Source: Alphaproteobacteria bacterium
GTDB lineage: Bacteria; Pseudomonadota; Alphaproteobacteria; MPNO01; UBA830
Length of the DNA stretch: 64,000 bases
NCBI GenBank assembly: GCA_965243135.1
Contig: OZ251539.1
Coordinates: forward strand, 1,152,001-1,216,000
Reading direction: 5' to 3'
In this document: one piece after another, positions 30,942-42,334 of the stretch
How positions within the stretch are numbered: position 1 is the first letter of the stretch
Layout of the letters: every line of letters starts with the position of its first letter
The notes under the pieces: generated by a model
Database searches by the model: none
Told to the model about the DNA's origin: nothing
The model's input: only the letters and a program-made list of their open reading frames with translations
Translations under genes and position numbers: made by a program

Positions 30942-32686
30942 ACGTATTCAAGGCATTCCGGCAAGAAATCGAAAAAATCGCGGAACGGATGTCGGACCGC
31001 GGCGAGTTGCCCCCGGATCTGCCGCTGGACCGGATAACCGTGGAGCCCCCGCGCGACCCGGCGCATGGCGACGTTTCGTCCAACGTCGCCATGGTTCTCG
31101 CCGGACCGGCCAAGCGCAAGCCGCGCGACCTCGCGGAAGGCGTCGCGGCGGCGCTCCGCGAGAACCCTGACGTGGAGGCCGCCGAGGTCGCCGGCCCGGG
31201 ATTCGTCAATCTTCGCGTCGAAAACGGCTTCTGGCAGGCGCGGGTCGCCGACGTCCTCGAGGCCGGCAGGTCCTATGGCGACAGCGACGTCGGCGGCGGG
31301 CGGCGCGTCAACGTGGAATACGTTTCGGCGAATCCCACCGGCCCGATGCATGTCGGCCACGCCCGCGGCGCCGTGATCGGCGACGTTCTGGCGACGCTGC
31401 TCGGGAAGGCCGGCTACCAAGTCACGCGCGAATACTACGTCAACGACGCCGGCGCGCAGATCGAGGCCCTCGCCCGGTCGGCGCTGCTGCGCTACCGCGA
31501 GGCGCTCGGCGAGAGCGTCGGCGAAATTCCCCCCGGACTCTATCCCGGCGAGTACCTCGTCCCGGTCGGGAAGGCCCTTGCGGATCGCGACGGCGACAGG
31601 TGGGTCGCCGCGCCGGAGGACGAGGCGCTGGCCGCCGCGGGCGACTTCGCTGTCGCCGCGATGATGGCCGCGATCCGGGAGGATCTGGCGGCCCTCGGAA
31701 TCGCGCACGACGTCTTCCGCTCCGAGCGCGACCTTCACGACAGCGTCTCAGCGGTGGTCGGGGAACTGCGGCGGCGCGGCCTCGTTTACGTCGGCACGCT
31801 CGATCCGCCGAAGGGCCGCAAGCCCGACGACTGGGAGGAGCGCGAACAGCTGCTGTTCCGTTCCACGGAGTTCGGCGACGACATCGACCGGCCGTTGAGA
31901 AAATCGGGCGGAGACTGGACGTATTTCGCGGCCGACATGGCTTACCACCTCGACAAGTTCAGGCGCGGCTTCGACCTTATGGTCGATGTCTGGGGAGCCG
32001 ACCACAAGGGCTATATCGGACGAATGCAGGCCGCGGTCGCGGCGGTCGCCGACGGCGAGGCCAGGCTCGACGTGCGGATCTGCAACCTCGTCAATCTTTT
32101 CGAAAAGGGACGTCCGGTGAAGATGTCGAAGCGGAGCGGGACGTTCGTCACGCTTCGCGAAGTCGTCGACGAGGTCGGTCGGGACGTCGTGCGCTTCATG
32201 ATGCTCACGCGAGGCAACGACGCGCCCCTCGACTTCGACCTCGAGCGGTCGCTCGAACAGTCCAGGGACAACCCGGTCTTCTACGTTCAGTACGCGCACG
32301 CTCGCGCTTGTTCCGTCCTGCGCAACGTTCGCGACGTCTTTCCGCGCCTCGCGCTCGAAGATTCGGCGCTCGCGGCGGCCGACATGTCCGCGGTGGACGA
32401 CGAGGCGGAGCTCGCCCTGATCCGGTCGCTCGCGGGATGGCCCAGGCTCGTGGAGGCGGCGGCGTCGGCTCGCGAACCGCACCGCGTCGCCTATTATCTT
32501 CATCATGTGGCCGCCGCGTTTCACGGACTGTGGAACAAGGGCAACGAGACGGCGGGCCTTCGGTTCATCGTGCCGGACGACGAGGAACTCACACGCGCCC
32601 GCCTGGCTCTGGTCCGGGCGACCGCCCTTGTCATCGCGTCCGGCTTGCAGATTATGGGGGTCGAGCCGGTCGAGGAGATGCGCTGA
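30938..32686 (+). CDS. argS: Arginine--tRNA ligase
   Basis: [34 protein letters not shown]. Confidence 0.97.
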   Translation: MNVFKAFRQEIEKIAERMSDRGELPPDLPLDRITVEPPRDPAHGDVSSNVAMVLAGPAKRKPRDLAEGVAAALRENPDVEAAEVAGPGFVNLRVENGFWQARVADVLEAGRSYGDSDVGGGRRVNVEYVSANPTGPMHVGHARGAVIGDVLATLLGKAGYQVTREYYVNDAGAQIEALARSALLRYREALGESVGEIPPGLYPGEYLVPVGKALADRDGDRWVAAPEDEALAAAGDFAVAAMMAAIREDLAALGIAHDVFRSERDLHDSVSAVVGELRRRGLVYVGTLDPPKGRKPDDWEEREQLLFRSTEFGDDIDRPLRKSGGDWTYFAADMAYHLDKFRRGFDLMVDVWGADHKGYIGRMQAAVAAVADGEARLDVRICNLVNLFEKGRPVKMSKRSGTFVTLREVVDEVGRDVVRFMMLTRGNDAPLDFDLERSLEQSRDNPVFYVQYAHARACSVLRNVRDVFPRLALEDSALAAADMSAVDDEAELALIRSLAGWPRLVEAAASAREPHRVAYYLHHVAAAFHGLWNKGNETAGLRFIVPDDEELTRARLALVRATALVIASGLQIMGVEPVEEMR

Positions 32687-33432
32687 TGGCCGAAGACGAA
32701 AACGCAGGGCCGAACGCCGGGCGCTCCGCAAGGTTCGTCGGCAGGACCGCTCGGAGCCGTCGGCTGATGGGGACGCTCGCCGCCGTCGCGGTCGTCTGCG
32801 GAGTCGGCGCGATGATGGTCTACGCCTACAACAAGGGCAGGCAGCACGGCGCGGCGGGCGAGCCGCCGATCATCAGGGCGCAGGAAGGGCCGATAAAGGT
32901 TCGGCCCGAAGAGCCGGGCGGCATGACGGTGCCCGACCGGGACAAGGAGGTGTTCACCCGCCTGGAGACCGGCGAAAGGCCTGCCAACGTGGAGCGGCTT
33001 CTGCCGCCGCCGGACAGTCCGGTGGAGCGTCCGTCCGCGGCGCCGGAAACCGCCCCCGAAACGGCGGCGGCCGTCCAACCCGCGCCGACCGCGGATTCAT
33101 CGTCCGATCAGGAAGTCCGGCGAATGGAAATCCGGTCCGGGTACGAAATCGTGCTGCGGAAGAAGCCGCCGCCTCCGCCCGCCGCCAGGGCGTTCGCCGT
33201 GCAGATCGCGTCGCTGAAGTCCGAAGCGGCGGCCCGCGCGCGGTGGAGCGACCTGAATCGCCGTCATCCCGATCTTCTGCGCGGGCTTTCGCTCAGCGTC
33301 GATCGCGTGGCGTCGGAAAAAGGAGCTCGGTACCGCCTGCGCGCCGGACCCTTGCCCGACCGCGCCGCGGCCAAGCGCCTGTGCGATCGACTCACCGAGC
33401 GCGAGATCGGTTGCCTGATCGTCCGTCCATGA
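32686..33432 (+). CDS. SPOR-domain (FtsN-like) cell division protein
   Basis: Single TM, PIKVRPEEPGGM, C-terminal VQIASL..YRLRAGP..C SPOR domain; argS-SPOR-nagZ synteny. Confidence 0.85.
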   Translation: MAEDENAGPNAGRSARFVGRTARSRRLMGTLAAVAVVCGVGAMMVYAYNKGRQHGAAGEPPIIRAQEGPIKVRPEEPGGMTVPDRDKEVFTRLETGERPANVERLLPPPDSPVERPSAAPETAPETAAAVQPAPTADSSSDQEVRRMEIRSGYEIVLRKKPPPPPAARAFAVQIASLKSEAAARARWSDLNRRHPDLLRGLSLSVDRVASEKGARYRLRAGPLPDRAAAKRLCDRLTEREIGCLIVRP

Positions 33433-33442
33433 GCCTCGGCGC

Positions 33443-34507
33443 GTGACGGCGGCCCTGGTCTTTGGATGCGCCGGACGGGTTCTCGGGAAGGACGAACGCT
33501 CGTTCTTCCGGGACGTCGATCCGTTGGGCTTCATTCTTTTCGCGAGGAACGTCGAATCTCCGGATCAGGTGCGCAAGCTGGTCGACGATCTGCGCGGGGC
33601 GGTTTCGCGCGCCGACGCGCCCGTCCTGATCGATCAGGAAGGGGGGAGGGTGCAGCGGCTCGGCCCGCCGCTCTGCCCGGCCCGGCCCGCCATGCGCAGG
33701 TTCGGGGAAGGCATGCCGCGCGATCCGGAGAACGCGGTTCTCTGCGCCGAGCTGAACGCCCGCCTCGTCGCCGCGGACCTCGCGGCGCTGGGAATCGACG
33801 TGAACTGCGCTCCGGTTCTCGATCTTCAGGCTCCCGGCGGCCATGAAGTGATCGGCGACCGCGCCTTTTCCGGCGATCCCGAAACGGTCGCGCGCCTGGG
33901 AGCTGCGGTCTGCCGCGGCCTGGCGGCCGGCGGGGTGGTGCCCGTGGTGAAGCATCTGCCCGGCCACGGACGCGCCGGGGCGGACAGTCATCGGGAGCTC
34001 CCCCGGGTGCAAGCGTCGCTCGACCTGCTGGCGAGGACCGACTTCGCGCCGTTCGCGGCGCTTAACGGCGCGCCCGCGGGCATGACCGCGCATGTCGCCT
34101 ACGAAGCCGTCGACCCCGGCCGCCCCGGCAGCGTCTCGGAGGCCGTGATCGGCGGCATCGTCCGGTCCCGGATCGGTTTCGACGGCCTGCTGTTTTCCGA
34201 CGACCTGTGCATGGACGCCCTTGCCGGAGGACCCGCGGAGAGAGTGGAAGCCGCGTTGCGGGCGGGTTGCGACGTGGCCCTTCACTGCAGCGGCGATCTC
34301 GAGAGCATGCGGTCGGCGGCCGCCGACCGCCGGGATCTCGCGCCGGCCGCCCGCGAAAGATTGCGGCGCGCGCGCGCCGCGGCGTCGTTCGGAGACTTCG
34401 ACCGGCAGGATGCGCAACGGCGCGTCGACGAGTTCCTGCGCGTTGGCGAGAATCGGCGGGGCGGCTATAGTCGCGGACAGGCTGGAATCACGGTTCGCGA
34501 GCGATGA
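33443..34507 (+). CDS. nagZ: Beta-N-acetylhexosaminidase
   Basis: IDQEGGRVQR, KHLPGHG..DSH, SDDL. Confidence 0.93.
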   Translation: MTAALVFGCAGRVLGKDERSFFRDVDPLGFILFARNVESPDQVRKLVDDLRGAVSRADAPVLIDQEGGRVQRLGPPLCPARPAMRRFGEGMPRDPENAVLCAELNARLVAADLAALGIDVNCAPVLDLQAPGGHEVIGDRAFSGDPETVARLGAAVCRGLAAGGVVPVVKHLPGHGRAGADSHRELPRVQASLDLLARTDFAPFAALNGAPAGMTAHVAYEAVDPGRPGSVSEAVIGGIVRSRIGFDGLLFSDDLCMDALAGGPAERVEAALRAGCDVALHCSGDLESMRSAAADRRDLAPAARERLRRARAAASFGDFDRQDAQRRVDEFLRVGENRRGGYSRGQAGITVRER

Positions 34508-35280
34508 ATCCAGAAGCGGACAGTTTCGAGGAAGATTTCCCGCGGCAGGATCTCGTGCTCGATCTCGACGGGTTCGAGGGGCCGATCGATCTGCTCCTCA
34601 ACCTCGCCCGCCAGCAGAAGGTGGACCTCTCCCGCATCTCGATCCTCCGGCTCGCGGAGCAATACCTCGATTTCATCGCCGCCGCGCGGCGGCTGCGGCT
34701 CGAGATCGCCGCCGACTATCTGGTGATGGCCGCATGGCTCGCTTACCTCAAGTCGAGGCTGTTGCTGCCCGAGCCGGAGCCCGGAGAGGAGGCGTCCGCT
34801 CCGGAACTCGCCGACGCGCTGGCGTTGCGGCTCAGGCGGCTCGACGCCATGCGGAACGCGGGAGAGAATCTGCTCCAGAGGCCGCGCCTCGGCCGGGACG
34901 TGTTCGCCCGGGGAGCGCCGGAAGGCATCGAGGTCTTCCAGACCCACGTCTACGAGGTGTCGCTGTTCGATCTGCTGAAGGCGTACGGCGACAACCGGCG
35001 CCGGGCCGATTCCTCGCAACTGACCATCGAGACCTCGAAGCTCTATTCGCTGAGCGACGCTCTGGAGCGGTTGTCGCGGCAGATCGGCCATACCGTCGAA
35101 TGGACGTCCCTGGCGGCGTTCTTCCCGGAGGAGTTGACGGACGCTCTGGTCTTCCGGTCCGCGGTCGCGTCCACTCTTGCGGCGAGCCTGGAGCTCGTGC
35201 GGGACGGAAAGGCCGCGATCCGTCAGTCGAACGCTTTCGGTCCCATCCAGATCCGTGGCAAGGAGGCCGCGAATGGTTGA
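34504..35280 (+). CDS. scpA: Segregation/condensation protein A
   Basis: FEGPIDLLL, ADYLVMAAWLAYLKSRLLLP. Confidence 0.95.
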   Translation: MNPEADSFEEDFPRQDLVLDLDGFEGPIDLLLNLARQQKVDLSRISILRLAEQYLDFIAAARRLRLEIAADYLVMAAWLAYLKSRLLLPEPEPGEEASAPELADALALRLRRLDAMRNAGENLLQRPRLGRDVFARGAPEGIEVFQTHVYEVSLFDLLKAYGDNRRRADSSQLTIETSKLYSLSDALERLSRQIGHTVEWTSLAAFFPEELTDALVFRSAVASTLAASLELVRDGKAAIRQSNAFGPIQIRGKEAANG

Positions 35281-35887
35281 AATCACGCAGGAAACGAGGA
35301 TCGTCGAGGCGTTGCTGTTCGCGGCGACGCAACCGGTGAGCGAATCCTTTCTCGCCGAGCGCCTGCCGGAGGACGCGGATGTCGCGCAGGTGCTTGCGGA
35401 GCTGAAGGCGCTGTACGACGGCCGGGGCGTCAATCTCGTTCGCGTCGCCGGGGCGTGGTCGATGCGCACGGCGCCCGACCTGTCGCCTCATCTCCGCATC
35501 GAGCGGAAGGTGACGCGCAAGCCCTCGCGGGCGGCCGTGGAATCCCTGGCGATCATCGCCTATCACCAGCCGGTGACGCGCGGCGACGTGGAGGAGATCC
35601 GGGGCGTTTCGGTCAGCAAGGGCTCGTTCGACGTGCTTCTGGAAGCGGGCTGGATCAAGCCGGTCGGCCGTCGCCAGACCCCGGGCCGGCCGACCACCTG
35701 GGGCACCACCGCCGCGTTCCTGGAGGAGTTCGGCCTCGATTCCCTCGCCGATCTTCCCGGCGTCGACGAATTGAAGGCGTCCGGGCTTCTGGACGCGCGG
35801 CCGGCCGGCGCGATCGTCAGCGAGACCGGAACTCTCTTTTCCGGGGAGCGGCCGCTGTCCGAGACCGACGATCTCGCGACGACCTGA
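35273..35887 (+). CDS. scpB: Segregation/condensation protein B
   Basis: [29 protein letters not shown]. Confidence 0.95.
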   Translation: MVEITQETRIVEALLFAATQPVSESFLAERLPEDADVAQVLAELKALYDGRGVNLVRVAGAWSMRTAPDLSPHLRIERKVTRKPSRAAVESLAIIAYHQPVTRGDVEEIRGVSVSKGSFDVLLEAGWIKPVGRRQTPGRPTTWGTTAAFLEEFGLDSLADLPGVDELKASGLLDARPAGAIVSETGTLFSGERPLSETDDLATT

Positions 35888-36985
35888 ATGCCGCGCGCGC
35901 CCGAATCTTCGCCCGCGGCGGGCGACGGACACGCTCCGGGGCTCGTGCTCGCGGAGGTGAGCCACGCCGTCGGGCAGCAGGCGATCCTGAAGCGGGTGAA
36001 CCTCGACGTCGCGCCCGGAGAGATACTCTGCCTGCTCGGTCCGTCGGGATGCGGCAAGACGACGACGCTTCGCCTCATCGCCGGCCTCGAGGCGCTGCAG
36101 GCCGGCAGCATCGAATGGAACGGCGCCGTTCTCGCGGACCGGACGGGCGGTCTTCTGCCGGAGGAAAGGGGAGTCAGCCTGCTGTTCCAGGACTATGCGC
36201 TCTTTCCTCATCTCACGGCGGCGGAAAACGTCGCCTTCGGCCTTGCCGGCCTTTCGCGGGCCGAAAAGGACGCCCGCGTCCGGGAGGTTCTCGATCAGGT
36301 CGGAATGCTGGAATTCGCCGACCGCTACCCGCGTTTTCTTTCCGGCGGCGAGCAGCAGAGAATCGCGCTCGCGCGGGCGCGGGCGCCGAAGCCCCGGATC
36401 CTTCTGCTCGACGAGCCGTTTTCGAGCCTCGACACCAGGTTGCGCACGCAGACCCGCGATCTCTGCCTGCACATCCTCAAGCGGTCCCGGTCCGCCTCGC
36501 TGATCGTCACCCACGACGCGGAGGAGGCGATGTTCATGGGCGACCGGATCGCGGTGATGCGGGAGGGAACCGTCGTCCAGGCCGGGAGTCCGGAGGAATT
36601 GTACTTTCATCCGGCGGACCGTTTCGTCGCGGGGCTGTTCGGCGAGTTGAACAAGATCCGGGGCCGGGTCCGGGAAGGGCACGTGGAGACGCCGATCGGA
36701 CGGGTCTGCTCTCCGGGCATCCGCGAGGGCGCGGCGGCGGACGTGCTGATCCGGCCCGAGGCGATCGGCATCGCGCCCCGCTCCGACGCCGGCGCTTCGG
36801 GCGTCGTCGTGGCGGCGCGCTTGCTGGGGGGATCGACCCTTCTGCATCTCGCGGTCGCCGACGCCGAGGCGGGAGAGCTTCACCTGCATTCCCGCGTGCC
36901 TGGGTTCGCGTTGCCGCCCGAGGGAATGATCGTCGGGATCAGGCTGGAAAGCCGGAGCGTGTTCGTCTTTCCCGCGGACCGCTAG
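35888..36985 (+). CDS. ABC transporter ATP-binding protein (FbpC/PotA-like)
   Basis: [34 protein letters not shown]. Confidence 0.9.
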   Translation: MPRAPESSPAAGDGHAPGLVLAEVSHAVGQQAILKRVNLDVAPGEILCLLGPSGCGKTTTLRLIAGLEALQAGSIEWNGAVLADRTGGLLPEERGVSLLFQDYALFPHLTAAENVAFGLAGLSRAEKDARVREVLDQVGMLEFADRYPRFLSGGEQQRIALARARAPKPRILLLDEPFSSLDTRLRTQTRDLCLHILKRSRSASLIVTHDAEEAMFMGDRIAVMREGTVVQAGSPEELYFHPADRFVAGLFGELNKIRGRVREGHVETPIGRVCSPGIREGAAADVLIRPEAIGIAPRSDAGASGVVVAARLLGGSTLLHLAVADAEAGELHLHSRVPGFALPPEGMIVGIRLESRSVFVFPADR

Positions 36986-37050
36986 AGCCGTTGCGGCGAC
37001 CGGTTCTTTCTGCGATTATCGGCTCTGGCAGTCAATCGGGAGCGCCTCCA

Positions 37051-37284
37051 ATGGGAACCTTCAGCATATGGCACTGGCTCGTCGTGCTCGTCGTCGTGCT
37101 TGTCCTGTTCGGCGGCGGCGGCAAGTTGTCCCGCCTGATGGGCGACGCCGCTCGCGGCATCACCGCCTTCAAGAAAGGCCTGAAGGAGGATGCCGAAACG
37201 GGCAAGGTCGGCCAGGACAAGGCGCTGGACTCCTCGGAGACGATCGTCGACGGCGCGAAGAAGGACGAAACGGCGAAAGGTTGA
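37051..37284 (+). CDS. tatA: Twin-arginine translocase TatA
   Basis: [19 protein letters not shown]. Confidence 0.92.
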   Translation: MGTFSIWHWLVVLVVVLVLFGGGGKLSRLMGDAARGITAFKKGLKEDAETGKVGQDKALDSSETIVDGAKKDETAKG

Positions 37285-37323
37285 CGTTGCCCGCGGACAG
37301 CGGGCCTGGAGGAACGCCCGGCC

Positions 37324-37692
37324 ATGCTTGACATCGGCGGCTGGGAATTTCTGATGATCGTCGTGCTCGGCATAATCATCATCGGACCCAAAGAGCTTCC
37401 CGGCGCGATCAGAACCATCAACGCGTTCGTGCGAAAGGCGCGGGGCATGGCTCGCGACTTCCAGTCGGGGATCGAGGAGATGGCGCAGGAAGCGGAACTC
37501 GACAAGCTCAAGGACCAACTCGTCGGCGACACCGTCGGCATCGAACGGCAGATCGAGGAAACGATCGATCCGGACGGCGAGATTCGCGCGATCGGGCGAT
37601 CCGACTGGGAGGACGACGATCGGGCTCCCGAAGACGGCTCGGAGGAGGACGAACGGAGAGAGGGCGGAGTCAGGAGCGATCCCGCCGCATGA
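37324..37692 (+). CDS. tatB: Twin-arginine translocase TatB
   Basis: MLDIGGWE..IGPKELP. Confidence 0.92.
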   Translation: MLDIGGWEFLMIVVLGIIIIGPKELPGAIRTINAFVRKARGMARDFQSGIEEMAQEAELDKLKDQLVGDTVGIERQIEETIDPDGEIRAIGRSDWEDDDRAPEDGSEEDERREGGVRSDPAA

Positions 37693-38486
37693 ACGACCGC
37701 GATATCGAAGACAAGCGAATGCCGCTGCTCGATCATCTGGTCGAGCTGCGCACCCGCCTGATCTATTCCTTCGCCGGTTTCGTCGTGCTGTTCATCGGCA
37801 GCTTCGTTTTCGCCCAGGAGATCTACGATTTCTTCGTTCGGCCGCTCGCCCGCGCGCTGGAGGACCGCGAGGGCGCGCGCATGATCTTCACTGCGCTGTA
37901 CGAGCCGTTCCTCGCCCAGATCAAGGTCGCCTTCTACACCGGACTGTTTCTGGCCTTTCCGGTGATCTCCATCCAGATGTGGCTTTTCGTCGCGCCCGGG
38001 CTCTACCGCAACGAAAAGCGGGCGTTCCTGCCGTTTCTCGTCGCCACGCCGATATTGTTCTTTCTGGGCGGCGCGCTGGTCTATTTCTTCATCATGCCGC
38101 TGGCCTGGGAGTTCTTCCTCAACTTCCAGACGACGCCGGGGGAGACCGCGCTTCCGGTCGAAGTCGAACCCAAGGTCGACCAGTATCTGTCGCTCGTGCT
38201 GCGCCTGATTTTCGCGTTCGGAATCGCTTTCGAACTGCCGGTGCTGCTGATCCTCATGGCGCGGGTCGGCCTGGTCACCGCCGACGGGCTCGCCGCGAAG
38301 CGGCGCTACGCGATCGTGGGGGTGTTCGTGCTGGCCGCCGTTCTGACGCCGCCCGACGTCATCAGCCAGATCGGCCTCGCCGTGCCGATAATTCTCCTTT
38401 ACGAGGTGTCGATCTTCGGCGCGCGCATCATCGAGAAGAGGCGCGCCGCCGAGGAAGACGGAGAACCCGAGCGCGGAGCGGCCTGA
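37689..38486 (+). CDS. tatC: Twin-arginine translocase TatC
   Basis: MPLLDHLVELRTRL, FVAPGLY, TPPD. Confidence 0.95.
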   Translation: MNDRDIEDKRMPLLDHLVELRTRLIYSFAGFVVLFIGSFVFAQEIYDFFVRPLARALEDREGARMIFTALYEPFLAQIKVAFYTGLFLAFPVISIQMWLFVAPGLYRNEKRAFLPFLVATPILFFLGGALVYFFIMPLAWEFFLNFQTTPGETALPVEVEPKVDQYLSLVLRLIFAFGIAFELPVLLILMARVGLVTADGLAAKRRYAIVGVFVLAAVLTPPDVISQIGLAVPIILLYEVSIFGARIIEKRRAAEEDGEPERGAA

Positions 38487-38520
38487 GATTCGCGCGCAGA
38501 TGGGATAATACGGTCAGGCC

Positions 38521-39804
38521 ATGCATGACGTCAGATGGATTCGCGAGAACGCCGAAACCTTCGACGCCGGGCTCGCGCGGCGCGGGCTTTCGGCGTCGTC
38601 TCCCGGCATCCTCGCGCTCGACGGGGAGAGCCGCCGCCTGACCACCGAGTTGCAGGCGTTGCAGACCCGCCGCAACGAGGCGTCCCGCATGATCGGAGCG
38701 CTCAAGTCCAAGGGAGAGGACGCCGGGGAGCTTGTCTCCGAGGTCGCCGGGATCAAGGATCGGATGGCCGATCTCGAGGACGAACGGCAACGCGTCAAGG
38801 ACGATATCGCCGAGCAGCTGGAAGTCCTTCCCAACATTCCCGGGGACGACGTGCCGGACGGCGAGGACGAGAGCGCCAACGTCGAGCTCCGCGTCGTCGG
38901 CGAGAAGCCGTCCTTCGACTTCGCGCCTCGCGATCACGTCGATCTGGGCGAAGCTCTGGACTTGCTCGACTTCAAGGCGGCGTCCGGTCTGGCCGGATCG
39001 CGTTTCGTGGTGACGAAAGGCCTTGCCGCGCGAATGGAGCGCGCGCTCGCCTCGCTCATGCTCGACGTCCATACGGGCGAGTTCGGCTACACGGAGGTCA
39101 GTCCGCCGCTGCTCGTCAGGCGGGAGACGGTTTACGGAACCGGCCAGTTGCCGAAATTCGAGGACGATCTCTTCAGCACGGCCGACGGCCGCTGGCTGAT
39201 ACCGACGGCCGAGGTGCCCGTCACCAGCCTCGCGGCGAACGCCATACTCGCGGCGAGCGATCTGCCGCTGCGCTTCGCGGCGCATACCGCCTGCTTTCGA
39301 TCGGAGGCCGGCGCCGCCGGAAAGGACACGAGGGGCATGTTGCGCCAGCATCAGTTCTACAAGGTCGAACTGGTCAGCGTCGCCCATCCGGAGGCTTCGG
39401 AAGCGGAACTCGAACGCATGACCGGTTGCGCGGAGGAGATACTCCGGCGGCTCGGACTGCACTACCGCGTCGTCGCCCTGGCGACCGGAGACCTCGGTTT
39501 CGCGGCCCGCAAGACCTACGACCTGGAGGTATGGCTTCCCGGACAGGACCGCTATCGGGAGATCTCCAGCTGTTCCAACTGCGGCGATTTCCAGGCGCGG
39601 CGGATGGGCGCCCGGTTCCGGCCGGCCGGCGGAAAGGGAACCGCGTTCGTCCATACGCTCAACGGATCCGGCCTTGCAGTCGGGCGCACCCTGATCGCGG
39701 TTCTGGAGAACTATCAACGGAGCGACGGCTCCATCGCAATCCCCGAGGTCCTGCGGCCCTACATGGGCGGCGTCGAGGAGATTTTGGCGCCGGAGACGGC
39801 CTGA
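38521..39804 (+). CDS. serS: Serine--tRNA ligase
   Basis: [42 protein letters not shown]. Confidence 0.97.
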   Translation: MHDVRWIRENAETFDAGLARRGLSASSPGILALDGESRRLTTELQALQTRRNEASRMIGALKSKGEDAGELVSEVAGIKDRMADLEDERQRVKDDIAEQLEVLPNIPGDDVPDGEDESANVELRVVGEKPSFDFAPRDHVDLGEALDLLDFKAASGLAGSRFVVTKGLAARMERALASLMLDVHTGEFGYTEVSPPLLVRRETVYGTGQLPKFEDDLFSTADGRWLIPTAEVPVTSLAANAILAASDLPLRFAAHTACFRSEAGAAGKDTRGMLRQHQFYKVELVSVAHPEASEAELERMTGCAEEILRRLGLHYRVVALATGDLGFAARKTYDLEVWLPGQDRYREISSCSNCGDFQARRMGARFRPAGGKGTAFVHTLNGSGLAVGRTLIAVLENYQRSDGSIAIPEVLRPYMGGVEEILAPETA

Positions 39805-40571
39805 TGGAGTTTCGGCGAACGCGGATACTGGTCACCAACGACGACGGCATCAACGCGCCGGGGATCAAGATCCTCGAAAAAATCGCGAGGCGGCTCTCCA
39901 GCGACGTTTGGGTCGTCGCGCCGGAAACCGAGCAGAGCGGCGCCGGCCATTCGCTGACCCTCACGGCGCCGCTCAGGATTCGCCGCATTTCGCGGCGCAG
40001 ATTCGCCGTGAACGGCACCCCGACGGATTGCGTGCTGCTGGGCGTTCAGCACATCGTCGCCAGCCGTCGTCCCGAACTGATCCTTTCCGGCGTCAATGCC
40101 GGCGGCAATCTCGGAGAGGACATCACCTATTCCGGTACGGTCGCGGCGGCGATGGAGGGCGCGTTGCTCGGCATACGTTCGATCGCCCTGAGCCAGATGC
40201 GGATCTACGGCGAGAACGTCCGGTGGGGGCCTGCGCAAGGGCATGCGGAACGCGTCGTCCGAACGCTCGCTGCGCTGGACGTCCCGCTCAAGGTGTTGAT
40301 GAACGTGAACTTTCCCGACGTTCCGCCGGACGACGTGCGGAGCCCGGAAATCACCGTGCAAGGACGCAGAAAGATCGGCGACGCCGTCACCGTCGGCAGC
40401 GACCCGCGCGGCCACGGTTTCGTGTGGATCGGGACGGAGCGCGACGAGGATCCCTCGTTCGCTGGATCTGATCTGAAGGCCGTGAACGACGGCAGGATAT
40501 CGATCACGCCGCTCGGCATCGATTTCACGCATCGTCGCACCATTCCCGCGTTGAAGCGGGCTTTCCCGTGA
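39804..40571 (+). CDS. surE: 5'/3'-nucleotidase SurE
   Basis: ILVTNDDG, GTPTDCV, SGVNAG.N, YSGTVAAA. Confidence 0.95.
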   Translation: MEFRRTRILVTNDDGINAPGIKILEKIARRLSSDVWVVAPETEQSGAGHSLTLTAPLRIRRISRRRFAVNGTPTDCVLLGVQHIVASRRPELILSGVNAGGNLGEDITYSGTVAAAMEGALLGIRSIALSQMRIYGENVRWGPAQGHAERVVRTLAALDVPLKVLMNVNFPDVPPDDVRSPEITVQGRRKIGDAVTVGSDPRGHGFVWIGTERDEDPSFAGSDLKAVNDGRISITPLGIDFTHRRTIPALKRAFP

Positions 40572-41206
40572 TGTTCGAAGCGCACCGCATGCGCCTGCTC
40601 ATGGAGATGCGGGGGGACGGCGTTACCGATTCGCGCGTGCTGGGCGCCATCGAAAAGGTTCGCCGCGAGGTCTTCGTTCCGCCGACGTTCCGGGATCAGG
40701 CGTACGAGAACAGGCCGCTGCCCATCGGCAGCGGCCAGACCATCAGCCAGCCGTCCGTGGTGGCGTTCATGACGCAATCGCTCCAGGTCGGATCGCGCAT
40801 GAAGGTTCTGGAGATCGGCACCGGTTCGGGTTACCAGACCGCCGTGCTCGCGCAATTGTGCGGACGGGTCTATACGATCGAGCGAATCCGCGATCTGCTG
40901 ACCGAAGCGGAAGCGAGGTTCGCGGAACTGCGGATTTCCAATATCACGACCCGTCTTGGCGACGGAGCGCGGGGATGGCCGGAGCAGAACTCCTTCGACC
41001 GGATCATCGTCACCGCAGCTGCAAGCGACGAGGTGCCGAACGCGTTGTTCGAGCAGCTCGATCCCGACGGCGTCCTGATTGCGCCGGTTGGCGCCTCGCC
41101 GCACGACCAGCATCTATACAAGTTCACGTTCGATTCGGACGGCGCGATTGTCCGGGAAAGGCTGTGGCACGTCAGATTCGTGCCGCTGGTCGGAGGTGAT
41201 CCGTAA
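40568..41206 (+). CDS. pcm: Protein-L-isoaspartate O-methyltransferase
   Basis: GQTISQP, VLEIGTGSGYQ, FDRIIVTAA, VRFVPL. Confidence 0.95.
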   Translation: MMFEAHRMRLLMEMRGDGVTDSRVLGAIEKVRREVFVPPTFRDQAYENRPLPIGSGQTISQPSVVAFMTQSLQVGSRMKVLEIGTGSGYQTAVLAQLCGRVYTIERIRDLLTEAEARFAELRISNITTRLGDGARGWPEQNSFDRIIVTAAASDEVPNALFEQLDPDGVLIAPVGASPHDQHLYKFTFDSDGAIVRERLWHVRFVPLVGGDP

Positions 41207-42044
41207 CCGCCCGGCCGGGTTCGCGGTCCGTCGCCCGGGGCGAAAAGATCGGGCCGGTCGCGTCGTGGCCGCGATCGCGATCGCGGCAGGCGCCTGCGCG
41301 CCGATTCCCGAAACGGGGAGCGGGACGCCGCCGCTCCCGCCGCCGTCCGGAACGGTAGAGGTTCGGGAGGGAGATTCGCTCTCCAGGATCGCCCGGCGTC
41401 ACGGCGTATCGTTGCGCGATCTGATCGAGGTCAATCGGGCATCGCCGCCCTACAGGATTTATCCCGGCCAGAAACTGCGACTGCCGGGCCGATCCGCAAC
41501 CGCCGCCGAGGATCCGTCCCGGAACGGAGGCGGGCGCACCGCGCCTCGTTCGGCTTCCGGCGTTTCGACTGTCGAAAGCGGCGCTCCGGCCGAGGAGACG
41601 CTGGCGGAACGGTCGTCGGCGAACGCGGGATCCTCGAACGGCCTGCAGCCGCCGGAGGGAGGTCTCGACTTCATGTGGCCGCTCGAGGGAAGGATTCTGG
41701 CGCGCTACGGCCGGATCGGCGACGGCCGGCGCAACGACGGCATAAACATCGCGGGCCGTCGCGGCGATCCCGTTCGCGCGGTCGCCGACGGGACCGTGAG
41801 CTATGCAGGCAACGAAATCAGAGGATTCGGCAACCTGTTGCTGGTTCGGCACGCGAACGGCTGGATTTCCGCTTACGCCCACAACGAGCGGGTGCTGGTG
41901 CGGAAGGGAGAGCGCGTAAGGAAGGGGCAGGTCGTATCGAGAGTCGGAAGCACCGGAAACGTGGGCGGTCCGCAGTTGCATTTCGAGCTGCGCCGCAACG
42001 ATCGCCTCGTCGATCCCGAGCGCCATTTGCCGAGAATGAGATAG
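41196..42044 (+). CDS. LysM/M23 peptidoglycan peptidase-like lipoprotein (NlpD-like)
   Basis: Lipobox AAGAC, LysM VREGDSLSRIA, NDGINI, AYAHN, QLHFELR; start uncertain. Confidence 0.88.
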   Translation: MIRNRPAGFAVRRPGRKDRAGRVVAAIAIAAGACAPIPETGSGTPPLPPPSGTVEVREGDSLSRIARRHGVSLRDLIEVNRASPPYRIYPGQKLRLPGRSATAAEDPSRNGGGRTAPRSASGVSTVESGAPAEETLAERSSANAGSSNGLQPPEGGLDFMWPLEGRILARYGRIGDGRRNDGINIAGRRGDPVRAVADGTVSYAGNEIRGFGNLLLVRHANGWISAYAHNERVLVRKGERVRKGQVVSRVGSTGNVGGPQLHFELRRNDRLVDPERHLPRMR

Positions 42045-42334
42045 GCGGGCGAAGGATTGCGAGAAGGCCGAACCGGGCGCCGGGGGGTAACGTCCGGCCA
42101 CGGCGGGACGGCGTTCGATCGCGGCCGGCGCCCGCTTGCCAGACTGCCGCAGCCAAAACGCCGCATCGGGCCGTTGAAGCGCCCGTTCGGGGTTTCTCAC
42201 GGCGGATCCGCAAGTCACGAAAAGTTCACGGCATCTTCAAATGCCGGCAACCTTTCTCCGTCAGTAAGCTCGCGGTCGAGGGGGATACGCTGCGCCGCCC
42301 GCCCGCGAGAGCTTTCAGCGTGACAGGAGAACCC

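Noticed and set aside
19986-41206. Two pcm-like genes as a recent duplication
   Set aside because: They are divergent and each sits in its usual alphaproteobacterial context (pcm-tolC and surE-pcm-nlpD)
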